DNA of 64,000 nucleotides from a virus (IMGVR_UViG_3300028400_000005:1-64000), one strand, 5' to 3'; positions 1 to 8,968 are shown, counted from the stretch's first letter. Numbers and translations: made by a program. The notes: generated by a model from the sequence alone, not told the origin.

Positions 1-868
1 CCGGGTACGGGCGTGTGGGGATCGTCCAGACGCTGCGGGCGTTGCGGGTCGGGCCGTTGTAGGCGACGGCGGGGCGGTCGCTGCGGTGCGTCCCCCGGTC
101 CTGCCCGGGCACGATTGGCTCGCCGCGCTGGCTGCCCTCGCGCCGGAACGTCGCCCCCGCACCGCTGTGCCCGCCAACGGCGGTCTCGGCGATGGCGGCC
201 GCGTCGTAGTAGTAGCGGGGCGATTTGGTGAGCAGGAAAACGTACTCGTGCGCGCGGGTCGGGCGGTCGCGCACGCTCTCGGGGATCGCGTTAGGTTTTG
301 ACCAGATGATGTCCGAGCGCAGGTACCAGCCGTCGGCCTGCAAGGCCAGCGCCAGCCGCCAGGGGATGCCGGACAGGTCCTTGCGCTTGAGCCCCCCGAC
401 CGCCCCCGTGACGTAGGAGTCGCCGATGTTGAGCCAGAGGGTGCCGTCCTCGGCGAGGACGCGACGCGCCTCGCGGAACACCGCCACCATGTGCTCGACG
501 TAGAGGTCGGGCGTGGGCTCGAGCCCGAGCTGCCCCTGCCACGCCCCGCAGCGGGTGCAGAAGCGGCCGCCGTTCTGGGGCGCGCGGTTCTGCTCCAGGT
601 GGGTGCTGAGGCGGGATTTGCTGTTGCTGACCTCCTCGGGGAGCAGGTCCTGGCGCTTGCCGCGCTCCATCGGCCCCCACTCGTGGCGGCACTCGGGATC
701 TCCACCCCAGACGCCGGGCTCGAGGCCGTAGTCGCGCAACCCCCAGTAGGGCGGGCTGGTGACGATGCAATGCACCGCCCCGTCGGGCAGGAGGCGCAGC
801 TGCTCGAGGGCGTCGCCCTCGTACAGTTGGTAGCCCTCCGGGTAGGGCCATGAGTGGCGTGGCTTCAT
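1..868 (-). CDS. DNA methyltransferase (N4-C/N6-A, beta class), runs off the window start
   Basis: Not in the ORF track because it has no stop in the window. Translation from ATG 868 gives MKPRHSWPYPEGYQLYEGDALEQLRLLPDGAVHCIVTSPPYWGLRDYG, with the SPPY motif, then GTLWLNIGDSY, GWYLRSDIIWSKPN and HEYVFLL. Confidence 0.92.
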   Translation of the reverse strand, partial: MKPRHSWPYPEGYQLYEGDALEQLRLLPDGAVHCIVTSPPYWGLRDYGLEPGVWGGDPECRHEWGPMERGKRQDLLPEEVSNSKSRLSTHLEQNRAPQNGGRFCTRCGAWQGQLGLEPTPDLYVEHMVAVFREARRVLAEDGTLWLNIGDSYVTGAVGGLKRKDLSGIPWRLALALQADGWYLRSDIIWSKPNAIPESVRDRPTRAHEYVFLLTKSPRYYYDAAAIAETAVGGHSGAGATFRREGSQRGEPIVPGQDRGTHRSDRPAVAYNGPTRNARSVWTIPTRPYP

Positions 869-870
869 GC

Positions 871-904
871 GTCTACTATACCGGACAGGCGATTAAGCCC
901 GCAA
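871..904 (-). promoter_or_regulatory. Leaderless sigma70-type promoter (TTGCGG / TATAGT) with operator GTCT-N8-GGAC (871-886)
   Basis: The -10 box lies 6 nt before ATG 868 and the palindromic operator overlaps it. Confidence 0.75.
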
Positions 905-937
905 GCTGGGTTGTCCGTCCAGAAAGCCAGCCCCCGA

Positions 938-997
938 AACCTTACACCGGCGAGGCCTCGGCGTGTAAGGTTCGGGGGCGATAAGAGGGTTTATCGG
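938..997. repeat. Dispersed element copy 1: AACCTTACAC-N15-GTGTAAGGTT plus GCGATAA-N6-TTATCGG
   Basis: Seen directly. It shares an exact 20 bp (aggcctcggcgtgtaaggtt) with the copy at 33801-33859. Confidence 0.8.
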
Positions 998-1932
998 CCG
1001 CGGCCCGGGTAGTTGTTCCAAAGGCGCAGCATCAGGCGGCGGGGGAGACTGTGGCCGCCGGCATGGCGGTCGTAGGTTAGTCCGTCGAGGACGTAGTATT
1101 CCGGCGCGGCGTCGTACTCGAGGACGTACGGGGTCCGCGGCGCCGGTCCCCGCCCCGGCAGCCACTCCACCTCGCCGTCGTTCACCTGGAAGTCCACCCC
1201 CTCGGCGTACTCGACCACCTGGTCGTTCACGACGGCGCGGGCCCCCAGGATCCGGTGGATCCAGGTGTAGGTCAGGGTCTCCTTGCGGCCGCGGCGCATG
1301 CGCTGCTGGTAGCGGTAGGTCTCGTCCACCAGGATGAAGCGGTCGTGCGGGCCGGCGTTCCAGGCCGGGTTGGGGGTCTTCAGGTCTTCGAGGGTGTACG
1401 GGATGGAGGCGATCAGGTCGCCCGCCTGGACCTCGCCGCGGTCAGCGTAGATGCGCCGCTTCTGGGCGCTTTCGGCGTGCATGCGGCCCTGCACCGGGGC
1501 CCGGTAGCGCACCGTGTAGCGTTTGCCCGGCGCCGGCGCGCGGTTGGTGCTGGTGAAGCGGATGCGGCCGTTGGGGTCGAAGGTCACTTCGGTGTAGGGG
1601 GCGTAGATCGTGCCGTCCTCGTCCTGTACCTCGAGCAGGGCCACCACGCCCCCGCGCGTCATGCGCTCGCTCGAGCTGGCCTGGTCGAGGCCCCACACCG
1701 TCGGCTCGACGCGCACCAGGGTGTCCGTGTACTCCGCGTACTGCACCGGCTCCCAGGTGTACCCCACGCCGTGGCAGACGGGGCACTTCGGGTCGGGCCC
1801 GGCTCCGCGCTCGTCCTGGCAGGGGCACAGAGCCGCGCGGCGGTACACGACGCGGTAGGTGAGGTCGGAGTTGAGCAGGGTGTCGAACCACGCCGGCTCG
1901 ATCTCAGGGATGGGGAAGTGATCGTAGTCCAT
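991..1932 (-). CDS. Head completion / neck protein
   Basis: CPC...CPVC motif and position two genes after the capsid gene, as in SPO1/K-like head modules. Confidence 0.6.
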   Translation of the reverse strand: MDYDHFPIPEIEPAWFDTLLNSDLTYRVVYRRAALCPCQDERGAGPDPKCPVCHGVGYTWEPVQYAEYTDTLVRVEPTVWGLDQASSSERMTRGGVVALLEVQDEDGTIYAPYTEVTFDPNGRIRFTSTNRAPAPGKRYTVRYRAPVQGRMHAESAQKRRIYADRGEVQAGDLIASIPYTLEDLKTPNPAWNAGPHDRFILVDETYRYQQRMRRGRKETLTYTWIHRILGARAVVNDQVVEYAEGVDFQVNDGEVEWLPGRGPAPRTPYVLEYDAAPEYYVLDGLTYDRHAGGHSLPRRLMLRLWNNYPGRGR

Positions 1933-1935
1933 GGT

Positions 1936-2745
1936 CTACACCACCCCGAAGCGGACGCCCGACTTGCGCGCCCAGAAGGTCTTCTCCCAGGTGGCCAGCT
2001 CCTCGCTGTAACGCGCGATCAGGGCCTGGTACTTGAGGGAGTTGGGGGTGTTGGTCAGGCTCAGGGACTGCGAGAGGCCGTCCACGCTGACGTTGCGGGC
2101 GGTAACGCCGTCGGCGAAGTGCTTGTCGAGGCTCCCCGGGGTCAGCACCTCGAGCGCCGTCGCCTTCCCGAGGGCGTCGAGCAGGTCGTAGTCCTGACCC
2201 TGGAGGTCCTCTTCGGTGTAGCCCGCGCGGTAGAGGAAGTGCCAGCCGCCCGGGATCGGCCGGTTGAGGCCGATCAGGTTCATCATGATGCCGCTGAGCT
2301 GGGGAATCGCGTAGGTCAAGGTCTTCCCGACGTAGATGCGCACGGTCGCGCTGCGCTCGGGGTACACCCAGTCGCTCGGGAACACCGCGGGCCGCGGCAT
2401 GCCGGGCATCCACAGGCCCACGCGGTGGATCTCGACGATGGGCCCGACGGGCAGGCGCATGATGAAGTGGCGGTGGTCCTTGTTCTGGTCGCTGTGCCAG
2501 TCCACCCCCGGGAACCGCTCGTCAACGGTGAAGGCGTCCTCGTCGTCGAAGGGGTAGGTGCCCAGCTTGATCGTCTTGGGCTCGAGGCGGATGCCGTACT
2601 TGCGCTCGAAGGTCCGCACCACCGCCTTGACGCGCTGGGTGATGGTCTCGTCGGGCAGGGGGCGCCCCTGCGAGTCGAGCAAGGGCAGCCCGGGCAGGTA
2701 CCGGTCGCGGATGTATGCCGGGGTCAAAAGCGTCTCGAGGGGCAT
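1936..2745 (-). CDS. Head-tail adaptor / connector protein
   Basis: Position, YRAG and SVDGLSQS motifs typical of K/A511-like adaptors, and a late-promoter motif upstream. Confidence 0.65.
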   Translation of the reverse strand: MPLETLLTPAYIRDRYLPGLPLLDSQGRPLPDETITQRVKAVVRTFERKYGIRLEPKTIKLGTYPFDDEDAFTVDERFPGVDWHSDQNKDHRHFIMRLPVGPIVEIHRVGLWMPGMPRPAVFPSDWVYPERSATVRIYVGKTLTYAIPQLSGIMMNLIGLNRPIPGGWHFLYRAGYTEEDLQGQDYDLLDALGKATALEVLTPGSLDKHFADGVTARNVSVDGLSQSLSLTNTPNSLKYQALIARYSEELATWEKTFWARKSGVRFGVV

Positions 2746-2751
2746 GGGCGT

Positions 2752-2774
2752 ACCCTACCCCCCGAGACGGTCAC
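2752..2774 (-). promoter_or_regulatory. Late-promoter motif
   Basis: gtgACCGtctcgggggg-TAGGGT-6 nt-ATG 2745. Confidence 0.7.
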
Positions 2775-2782
2775 GCTGCGGG

Positions 2783-3211
2783 CTACTTGTTGTTGCTGGT
2801 GGCCTTCTTGGTGGTGGTCTTCTTGGGCCGGGGCTTCTTGGCGGCCGCCTTGGGGGCCTCGGCCGGGGCCGCCTCCGCCGGCGCTGGCTCGGCGGCTGGT
2901 TCCGCGGCCGTCTCGGTCGCGTCCCCCTCGGGCGGGGCCGCCTCGGTCGCGCCCTCCTTGGCCTCGCCTGCCGGCGTCGCCACCCGGATCTTCTCGCCGC
3001 TGAGGTCGCTGACGACCTCGTAGGGGGGCTCGGCGCGCACGAGCAGGTACCCCGTGACCCCCATGAAGGTCTTGATCGTCGCGTCGGGCACGGGCTCGGA
3101 GATCGCGCGCCCCTCGCGTTCCTCGAACTTCACGCCGTTGACCTGGTGGTGGCCGCTTTTGCGCACGGAATGCACCACGGCCGGGTGTTTTGCTTCGATG
3201 CGGTATTCCAT
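2783..3211 (-). CDS. Small virion-associated protein with an Ala/Glu/Pro linker and Lys-rich tail
   Basis: Start reassigned to MEYRIEAK (3211), which follows GGAG and a late-promoter-like motif. It lies immediately after the capsid gene. Confidence 0.6.
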   Translation of the reverse strand: MEYRIEAKHPAVVHSVRKSGHHQVNGVKFEEREGRAISEPVPDATIKTFMGVTGYLLVRAEPPYEVVSDLSGEKIRVATPAGEAKEGATEAAPPEGDATETAAEPAAEPAPAEAAPAEAPKAAAKKPRPKKTTTKKATSNNK

Positions 3212-3230
3212 ACGTCTCCAGAATAGCAGA

Positions 3231-3256
3231 AACGGCCGTCTGAGTAGACGGCCGTT
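3231..3256 (-). terminator. Hairpin after the capsid gene, overlapping a late-promoter motif (cagACGG-N10-TATTCT, 3220-3242)
   Basis: Perfect inverted repeat aacggccgtct-gagt-agacggccgtt. Confidence 0.6.
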
Positions 3257-3273
3257 CAAGCAAGCTACTGAGC

Positions 3274-4734
3274 TTACTTAAAGGGCTTCCAGGACGCCAG
3301 CGGCGAGACGAAGTTCTTGACGACGAAGTGGTGGTTGGGGATGGAGAGCTGCAGCGCGCCGTAGAGCAGCACCGCCCACGGGATCACGGCCTTGTTCGTG
3401 GGGTAGAGGGGGAACTGCGTGGCGGGCAGCAGCTGGATCCACGAGATGGACTCGGGATCGCGGTTGAGGAGGTAGAGCTTGGAGCTCCCGGGGATGTCCT
3501 CGTTCTTGTCCTCGAAGACCGTGTCGGCCGTGCGGTCCGCGTTCGCGGGGATGCGCTTGACCAGGCGGTACTCGCCGAGGTCGGGGGCCGAGGCCGGGTC
3601 CTGGGTGCTGCGGTAGATCGCGTAGCCGGTCTGCTTGCGGTCGGCGTTGGGGGTGATGGTGAGGGTGATGCTGCCGTCGGCGGCCACCGCACCCGAGACC
3701 GCGGTGCTGGGGATGCCCTCGACGCCGCGCTCGTCAATCGCGGCCACGACGTAGTAGTAGGTGCCCGCCTTGGCGGCATCGAAGCGGGAGCCGGCGCCGA
3801 CGTTGGCGGTGGCGCTGACGGTCGGCGCGCCCGGGGCGTCGTCGGGGACCCGGCCGTACTTGGCGAAGGCCGGCTTGGCGTTCTCGGGGCCCTCGATCCA
3901 GATGTCCTGCTCGGTGAAGACGTTGCCGTAGCTGGTGCGGATCGCCGTCACCGGAGCGCCCAGCTGGAGCGAGGCGGGGTTGTTGTCCAGGTTGACGCGG
4001 TAGGCGGGGTCGAGGTAGCGGTCCAGCGCCGCCTGGGTGATGGGGTCCATGTAGACGTGGGTCAGCTTCCCGAAGTTGCCCTCGCCCAGGACCTCCGCGA
4101 ACGAGGCGTAGATGGTGTCCACGATCGCGCCCACGTCGCTCGAGCCCTGTGCGTCCTTGATGTGCGAGCCACCGCGCCAGCCGCGCAGGATCGCCTCGAT
4201 GCCGTCGAACTGCATCGGGGCCACCGAGGCGTCGCCGTGGTACATGGACCAGTTGGCCGCGCGCGAGAGACGCAGGAGAGCGTTGGTGTTCTCGCGCGCC
4301 TTCAGGGGCACGATGGTCTTCTGCACCGAGGCGACGTGGGAGACCTGCGCCTGGGTCATGAGGTACTTCACGAAGGTGATCTGGCGCTCGTACTCGCCGA
4401 CCTCAGCACCGATGTCCCCGGTCTCGGAGTTGAAGGCGCCGCCAGGCTGGCCGCCGATGCTGGTCTGGACGGTGTACTCATGCACCGAGCTGCCGACCGG
4501 CTGGCGCTTCAGGGCCCGGAAGAGCTTGAAGCTCTCCTCCTTTTCGATCACCTTCTTGAGCGTGGTCTCGAGGCTTTCCACGCGCAGCCCGCCCACGCCG
4601 GTGAGCTGGCTGTGGTCCGTCTCGTAGGTCGAGGTCTGGATCGCCTTGGCGAACGCGTTCCAGTCCTCGAAAGTCTCGATGCCTCCGGCGGGGATGCCCG
4701 CGCCGCTGATGACTCCTTCTCCCAGTCCGTGCAT
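3274..4734 (-). CDS. Major capsid protein, Herelleviridae (K/A511/SPO1)-like
   Basis: FAKAIQTSTYETD..GGLRVESLE N-terminus, an Ig/FN3-like insertion and the C-terminal FEDKNEDIPG..LLP..AVLLYGALQL..VKN all resemble K-like capsid proteins. Confidence 0.9.
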   Translation of the reverse strand: MHGLGEGVISGAGIPAGGIETFEDWNAFAKAIQTSTYETDHSQLTGVGGLRVESLETTLKKVIEKEESFKLFRALKRQPVGSSVHEYTVQTSIGGQPGGAFNSETGDIGAEVGEYERQITFVKYLMTQAQVSHVASVQKTIVPLKARENTNALLRLSRAANWSMYHGDASVAPMQFDGIEAILRGWRGGSHIKDAQGSSDVGAIVDTIYASFAEVLGEGNFGKLTHVYMDPITQAALDRYLDPAYRVNLDNNPASLQLGAPVTAIRTSYGNVFTEQDIWIEGPENAKPAFAKYGRVPDDAPGAPTVSATANVGAGSRFDAAKAGTYYYVVAAIDERGVEGIPSTAVSGAVAADGSITLTITPNADRKQTGYAIYRSTQDPASAPDLGEYRLVKRIPANADRTADTVFEDKNEDIPGSSKLYLLNRDPESISWIQLLPATQFPLYPTNKAVIPWAVLLYGALQLSIPNHHFVVKNFVSPLASWKPFK

Positions 4735-4753
4735 TCGTTTCCTCCTCTTTGAC

Positions 4754-5464
4754 TTACTTCAGTTCGAGCTTGGCGCGCTCTTCGGCGGTCAGGCTGGACA
4801 GCATGCCTTCGGCGTCACCGCTGTGGTAGTAGTGTTCGACCTGGGCCATCCGCACCGGGTCGTCCACGACCTCAGCCGCCTTGGCGAAGATCTCTCGCAG
4901 GGAGTCCACCTGCTTGCGGGTGGGTACCGAGACGGTCTTCGACTTCGGGCGCCGGGGGGTCTCGTCGGTGAGGACCTGGTGCGCCTTGACCAGGACCCCC
5001 AGGCCGGCGTTCTGCTCGACGAGCGCCTTGACCAGGGTGGCGTTCTGGGCCTCGAGCTGCCGCACCCGCTCGGCCAGGGCGTCCAGCTTCGCCAGCTTGG
5101 CGTCAATCGCCTCCAGGAGCGGGGTGGCGTCTACGAAGCCGTCGGCCGCCTTGGCCATGGGCTCCTCGTCGCCGGTCGGGCCGGGGACCGGCACCGTGCC
5201 GTCCTCGCTTTCGCCCTTCGGGGCGTCGTCGTCCTGCTTCTCGCAGTCCTCTTCGCCCTCGGGGCAGTCGTCGTCGCCGTCCTTGTCGGGCCCGCCCTCG
5301 CCCACCTCGTCCTCGGTGGGTTCGGGATGGTCGAGGCCGGCGAAGTCCTCGTCGGGGTCTTCGCCGCCCTCGGCCGGGTCGAACTCCTGGGCCTTGGCCA
5401 GGAGTTCGGCGGCCCGCTCGAGCGCGGCTTCGCCTTCTTGGAGCATCTTTTCATGGTCGGCCAT
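4754..5464 (-). CDS. Capsid scaffolding protein (acidic, coiled coil)
   Basis: Lies between protease and capsid genes. Very acidic, with several x-K-A motifs. GGAGG precedes the second Met (5464). Confidence 0.7.
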   Translation of the reverse strand: MADHEKMLQEGEAALERAAELLAKAQEFDPAEGGEDPDEDFAGLDHPEPTEDEVGEGGPDKDGDDDCPEGEEDCEKQDDDAPKGESEDGTVPVPGPTGDEEPMAKAADGFVDATPLLEAIDAKLAKLDALAERVRQLEAQNATLVKALVEQNAGLGVLVKAHQVLTDETPRRPKSKTVSVPTRKQVDSLREIFAKAAEVVDDPVRMAQVEHYYHSGDAEGMLSSLTAEERAKLELK

Positions 5465-5492
5465 GTGCACCTCCGTCGTTTTTCACGCCCGC

Positions 5493-5515
5493 ACCCTAGC
5501 GGCGTTTGCCGTCAG
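5493..5515 (-). promoter_or_regulatory. Late-promoter motif for the scaffold-capsid operon
   Basis: ctgACGGcaaacgccgc-TAGGGT. Confidence 0.7.
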
Positions 5516-6422
5516 GCTGCATGCGGGTCGCTTCCAAAAGCAGGCGCTCGGTGTAAGCGCGCGCGGTCTCCGGGTCACAGCCCAGCTTCTGGAACGCCTG
5601 GGCGATCGCGGCGCGCCGCGGCGGCAGCTTGCGGCGCAGGATCGCGCGCAAGACCGTCCGGCTGGCGCGGTCGTACGCGGGCACGACCTTGCGGGGGTTG
5701 CGGTCCAGGCTCTCGGGCGTGAGCGCCTGCACGCCCTCCTTCGCGGCGCTGTCGGTGACGGGCACTCCGACCGTCAGCGCCTTGGCGAAGGTGCCCAGGT
5801 CCATGACCGTGACGCCGGCGCGTTCGCCCTCGGCGGGCTCGAGCTGCACGGCCTTGGCCAGGGGGCCGATCGGCTCGGTGGACACCGGGGGCAGCTCCGG
5901 GTGCTGCGCCCGCTGGGCGAAGCCCACGGAGAACCACTCAACCTGCGTGATGCGGCGGACCTCCCGCCCCTTGACGGTTACGCGCTTGGCCGCCTTGATC
6001 TGCCCGAAGACCGAGGGGTACCAGCGCTGCGGCGGGTCCATCTGGGTGATGGAGTGCCAGAACCAGTTGGCCCAGTCGCCCGAGCTCCCGGGGGGCGGCG
6101 GGGTCTTGTTGGAGAAGATCTCGCCCTTGACGAAGATCGAGCGCCCCTGGCGCTTGACCTCGAGGGGAAGGCCGATGACGTACTCCGGGCGCGCGCCGGT
6201 CCCGATGGGGTTCCCGAGCCAGGACCAATGATTGAGGTCCAGGTTCCCCTGCTCGAGGAAGAGCTTGCGCGAGCCCCAGAGCGCGTCGGCCGCCACGATG
6301 TCGCCCTCGCGGTCCACCACGCCGTCGCGGGAGGCCTCGAAGTACACCAGGCGCCGCCCCCCGACGTCGGCCGCCTTGGCCACGTACGGGAGGTGCACGA
6401 TGATCGCTGCGTCGTAGTCCAC
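5496..6422 (-). CDS. Prohead protease
   Basis: EAS..VDREGDIV, GNLDLNH, IGLP and YPSVFG motifs, and position upstream of scaffold and capsid. Confidence 0.8.
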   Translation of the reverse strand: MDYDAAIIVHLPYVAKAADVGGRRLVYFEASRDGVVDREGDIVAADALWGSRKLFLEQGNLDLNHWSWLGNPIGTGARPEYVIGLPLEVKRQGRSIFVKGEIFSNKTPPPPGSSGDWANWFWHSITQMDPPQRWYPSVFGQIKAAKRVTVKGREVRRITQVEWFSVGFAQRAQHPELPPVSTEPIGPLAKAVQLEPAEGERAGVTVMDLGTFAKALTVGVPVTDSAAKEGVQALTPESLDRNPRKVVPAYDRASRTVLRAILRRKLPPRRAAIAQAFQKLGCDPETARAYTERLLLEATRMQPDGKRR

Positions 6423-6428
6423 GCCGCC

Positions 6429-6451
6429 ACCCTAGAAGCGGCGGCGGTGTG
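6429..6451 (-). promoter_or_regulatory. Late-promoter motif
   Basis: cacACCGccgccgcttc-TAGGGT-6 nt-GTG 6422. Confidence 0.7.
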
Positions 6452-6477
6452 ACAGCGAGCTGGACTGGAACGAAAAC

Positions 6478-6509
6478 GACCCCCGCGGGCCTTACCCGCG
6501 GGGGCGTCG
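6478..6509 (-). terminator. Intrinsic terminator of the 7452-6527 operon
   Basis: ccccgcggg-cctta-cccgcgggg stem followed on the minus strand by a T-rich run. Confidence 0.6.
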
Positions 6510-6526
6510 CGTCGCTTCCTGTGCGC

Positions 6527-7141
6527 CTACGTCCGGGCGGGCTCCACCATCAGCTCGGGGGGCATCCGGTTGGGGGCGCGGACCCCGGACCAATGTGCGT
6601 AGCCAAACTCCTCCCAGATGCGCCCGAAGTGGCCCTCGCCGAAGTCCTGGACGCTGTAGCCGCAGATCACCGAGCGCTCGCCCACCGAGCACGGCACCTC
6701 CACCCCGGACTTGATCGAGAGGGCGTCGCGGTTGTCGTCCATGAAGACCCGCGCCAGCCAGAGGGGCACCTCGCCGGCGCGCTCGTGGATCTCCTTGGGC
6801 ACCGTCGCCGAAAGCACGCCGTACACGGTGAAGGGGTCCATCCCGTCAAGGGCCTGGTCGAGCGTGTCGCCCTTGCCGGCGAACTTGACGATGATCCGGC
6901 CACCGCTCGCCTTGAACTCGAGCTGCGCCGTCGCGACGTACCAGCGCTCGGTCGCCTCATCCGCGACGCCCCGGTCCCACGGGCCCCGCGTGTACAGGGC
7001 AGCCTGCACGCTGTCCAGCTTCAGCGGGAAGTCGTGCCGCGCCATGGCCGCGACCACGCGGCGGGTCCCCTCCATCTGGAGCGGGGTCTTCAGCACCACC
7101 ACGTCCTGCCGCTTCTCCCACATGCCGTTTTCGACCTTCAT
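6527..7141 (-). CDS. Hypothetical protein
   Basis: Coupled to the upstream gene (ATGA overlap) with a GAGG RBS. Confidence 0.65.
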   Translation of the reverse strand: MKVENGMWEKRQDVVVLKTPLQMEGTRRVVAAMARHDFPLKLDSVQAALYTRGPWDRGVADEATERWYVATAQLEFKASGGRIIVKFAGKGDTLDQALDGMDPFTVYGVLSATVPKEIHERAGEVPLWLARVFMDDNRDALSIKSGVEVPCSVGERSVICGYSVQDFGEGHFGRIWEEFGYAHWSGVRAPNRMPPELMVEPART

Positions 7142-7452
7142 ACCTCTCCCCCTTTCACCCAGCGCTGCAACCGCTCGGCGGCGCGCTCGATGTTGCTTCG
7201 CCCCACGGGGTTCGCGGAGTGGCTTACGATCCGGGGCAGCTCGCGCAGGTCATGGGCGACCACGTAGCGCTCGAGCCAGTTGATGAAGTCGTAGCCGGTC
7301 TCCCCTTCCCCGAGGTCGTGGTCGAGGCTGATCTCCTCTACCCCCTCGAGGCCGTGGCCCTCCACCCACGCCCGGAGCTCCGCGGCGGTACGGAACAACC
7401 GGTATCCCGGGGGTGGTGTGCGCAGGTCATCGAGGAACAGCCGTAGACTCAT
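7138..7452 (-). CDS. Cyclic-phosphate-processing receiver-like (cREC) domain protein
   Basis: LFLDDLR, ISLDHDLG, TGYD and HSANPVG motifs. Start at MSLRLF (7452) after GGAG. Confidence 0.8.
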   Translation of the reverse strand: MSLRLFLDDLRTPPPGYRLFRTAAELRAWVEGHGLEGVEEISLDHDLGEGETGYDFINWLERYVVAHDLRELPRIVSHSANPVGRSNIERAAERLQRWVKGGEV

Positions 7453-7470
7453 CGTGTCTCCCTTCTGCGC

Positions 7471-7504
7471 GTCCATTATACCGGACAGACGGGAAATCAT
7501 GCAA
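7471..7504 (-). promoter_or_regulatory. Promoter (TTGCAT / TATAAT) with operator GTCC-N8-GGAC (7471-7486)
   Basis: Seen directly. Confidence 0.8.
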
Positions 7505-7620
7505 GCATTTTGCGGCACCTTCCCCTTACCGGGTGTTGGCCGCGCCGGTTTTAGGGGGCATACAATCGGTGGGTCTGTACGTGCCGATGTACACGGCCTG
7601 CATCCGTGCTAACATGAGGC

Positions 7621-7648
7621 ATGCGCGATAATGTCTATTATCGCTTCG
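7621..7648. other. dif-like tyrosine recombinase site GCGATAA-TGTCTA-TTATCGC
   Basis: 7-bp arms around a 6-bp spacer. It resembles E. coli dif (tgcgcataatgtatattatg) and lies about 65 bp upstream of the recombinase gene. Confidence 0.7.
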
Positions 7649-7711
7649 TACACCAGGCTCCGGCCCCGGGTTTTCTCGCTCTCCTTCCACCTTGGCCCCT
7701 AGGGTGGTCAC

Positions 7712-8671
7712 ATGGCTAGAGGCGGTTACCGCGGCGAGGCGTTTCCATGGGGGGCGGTCAAGCCCGAGCGGCGAGCTGAGAAGGTGCGCGCGATGCTCGA
7801 GGCCGGCGACCGGGCCGGCCTGTGGGCCCTGGTCAAGCACCACCTCATGACCTGGGGGCGTGCGGGCGCGGCGACGAGCCCCCACACCCTGCGCACCTAC
7901 CGCACCGGGCTGAACAGCTTCCTCGACTACCTGGCCGAGCTCGGGCTCGAGGGGGAGCTGCTGGCCGAGGCGGTCCTCGATCCGTCGGAGGACCTGGGGG
8001 CTGAGTACCTGCGCCACCTGCAGCGTCACCACGCCCCCGCCACCGTGAACAACCGCCGGGCGGCGGCGCGGGCCTTCTACCGGGCGCTGCAATGGGCCCG
8101 GGCCACGCAGACCAACCCCTTCGACCTGGCCCCGACCGTGCGGGACCCGACGCCGCGCCACGAGAAGCGCCGCCCCTACGAGGACGACGAAATCAAGCGG
8201 TTGACCCGAGAAGCGGACCCGCACGAGCGGGTCATGGTGCTGCTCGGGGCCCAGGGCGGGCTGCGCATCTCGGAGGCGGCGCGGCTTCGCTGGGACGACG
8301 TGGACCTCGGGGCGAAGCGGATCACGATCCGGGACGGCAAGGGAGGGAAGACGGCGAGCGTCCTCATCCCCAAGGGGCTGCGCGCCGCGCTCCGCGCCCT
8401 TCGCAAGGCCGAACCCGAGGGCGAGTACGTGCTGCCCTGGCGTACGCCTGCGAGCATCCGGCGCCGGCTCAAAGCGCTGTGCGACCGGGCCGGCGTACGC
8501 TACAAGGGCTACCACGCCCTGCGGCACTACTGCGGCACCTACATCTACCAGCAGACGGGCGACCTGAACACGGCCGCCCGCCAGCTGCGGCACTCCCAGC
8601 TGCAGACGACCGCGATCTACGCAAAGTGGGCTGAGGAGATGGCGCGCGAGCTCCTGGACGGCTGGGACTAG
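7712..8671 (+). CDS. Tyrosine recombinase (XerC/D-like integrase or resolvase)
   Basis: Catalytic R (GLRISEA), K (GKGGK), HxxR (HALRH), H (LRHS) and Y (TTAIY). Confidence 0.95.
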   Translation: MARGGYRGEAFPWGAVKPERRAEKVRAMLEAGDRAGLWALVKHHLMTWGRAGAATSPHTLRTYRTGLNSFLDYLAELGLEGELLAEAVLDPSEDLGAEYLRHLQRHHAPATVNNRRAAARAFYRALQWARATQTNPFDLAPTVRDPTPRHEKRRPYEDDEIKRLTREADPHERVMVLLGAQGGLRISEAARLRWDDVDLGAKRITIRDGKGGKTASVLIPKGLRAALRALRKAEPEGEYVLPWRTPASIRRRLKALCDRAGVRYKGYHALRHYCGTYIYQQTGDLNTAARQLRHSQLQTTAIYAKWAEEMARELLDGWD

Positions 8672-8689
8672 GCCCGGCCACAAGGGAGC

Positions 8690-8714
8690 GGGCCGCCCCG
8701 CGGGGCGGCCCTTT
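8690..8714. terminator. Terminator hairpin between convergent genes
   Basis: gggccgcccc-gc-ggggcggccc-ttt. Confidence 0.7.
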
Positions 8715-8735
8715 GCGCAAGAACACCGTCGGCGT

Positions 8736-8948
8736 TCACGAGAAGGCGTCGAAGCTCTTGGCGTAGCGGTAGGGGTCGTCGAGCGGCGTGTTGCTCGACA
8801 CGTACGAGACACCGAAGCCCTTGGTGACCGGGTACTTCTTGAGCAGGCGGCTGCGCACCGTCTTGCGGTCGCCGTTGACGGGCACCACGGCCACCTTGGA
8901 ACCGTCCGAGGCCCGGGTCACCACGTAGTAGTCGTAGCTCTTGCTCAT
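8736..8948 (-). CDS. Small hypothetical protein (70 aa)
   Basis: Has its own promoter/operator and a GAGGGGG RBS. Confidence 0.7.
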   Translation of the reverse strand: MSKSYDYYVVTRASDGSKVAVVPVNGDRKTVRSRLLKKYPVTKGFGVSYVSSNTPLDDPYRYAKSFDAFS

Positions 8949-8968
8949 CTCGTACCCCCTCTCTGCAT

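Noticed and set aside
291-851. 186-aa minus-strand ORF in the track
   Set aside because: Wrong frame. The methyltransferase frame starts at 868 and runs off the window.
7524-7555. Possible fourth copy of the CCTTACAC palindrome near the dif-like site
   Set aside because: Only a degenerate match (CCTTACCG...GTTTTAGG) with altered spacing.
7683-7711. TAGGGT 6 nt before the recombinase ATG as a late promoter
   Set aside because: It has the -10 and leaderless spacing but lacks ACSG at the conserved position, so it was not counted in the late class.
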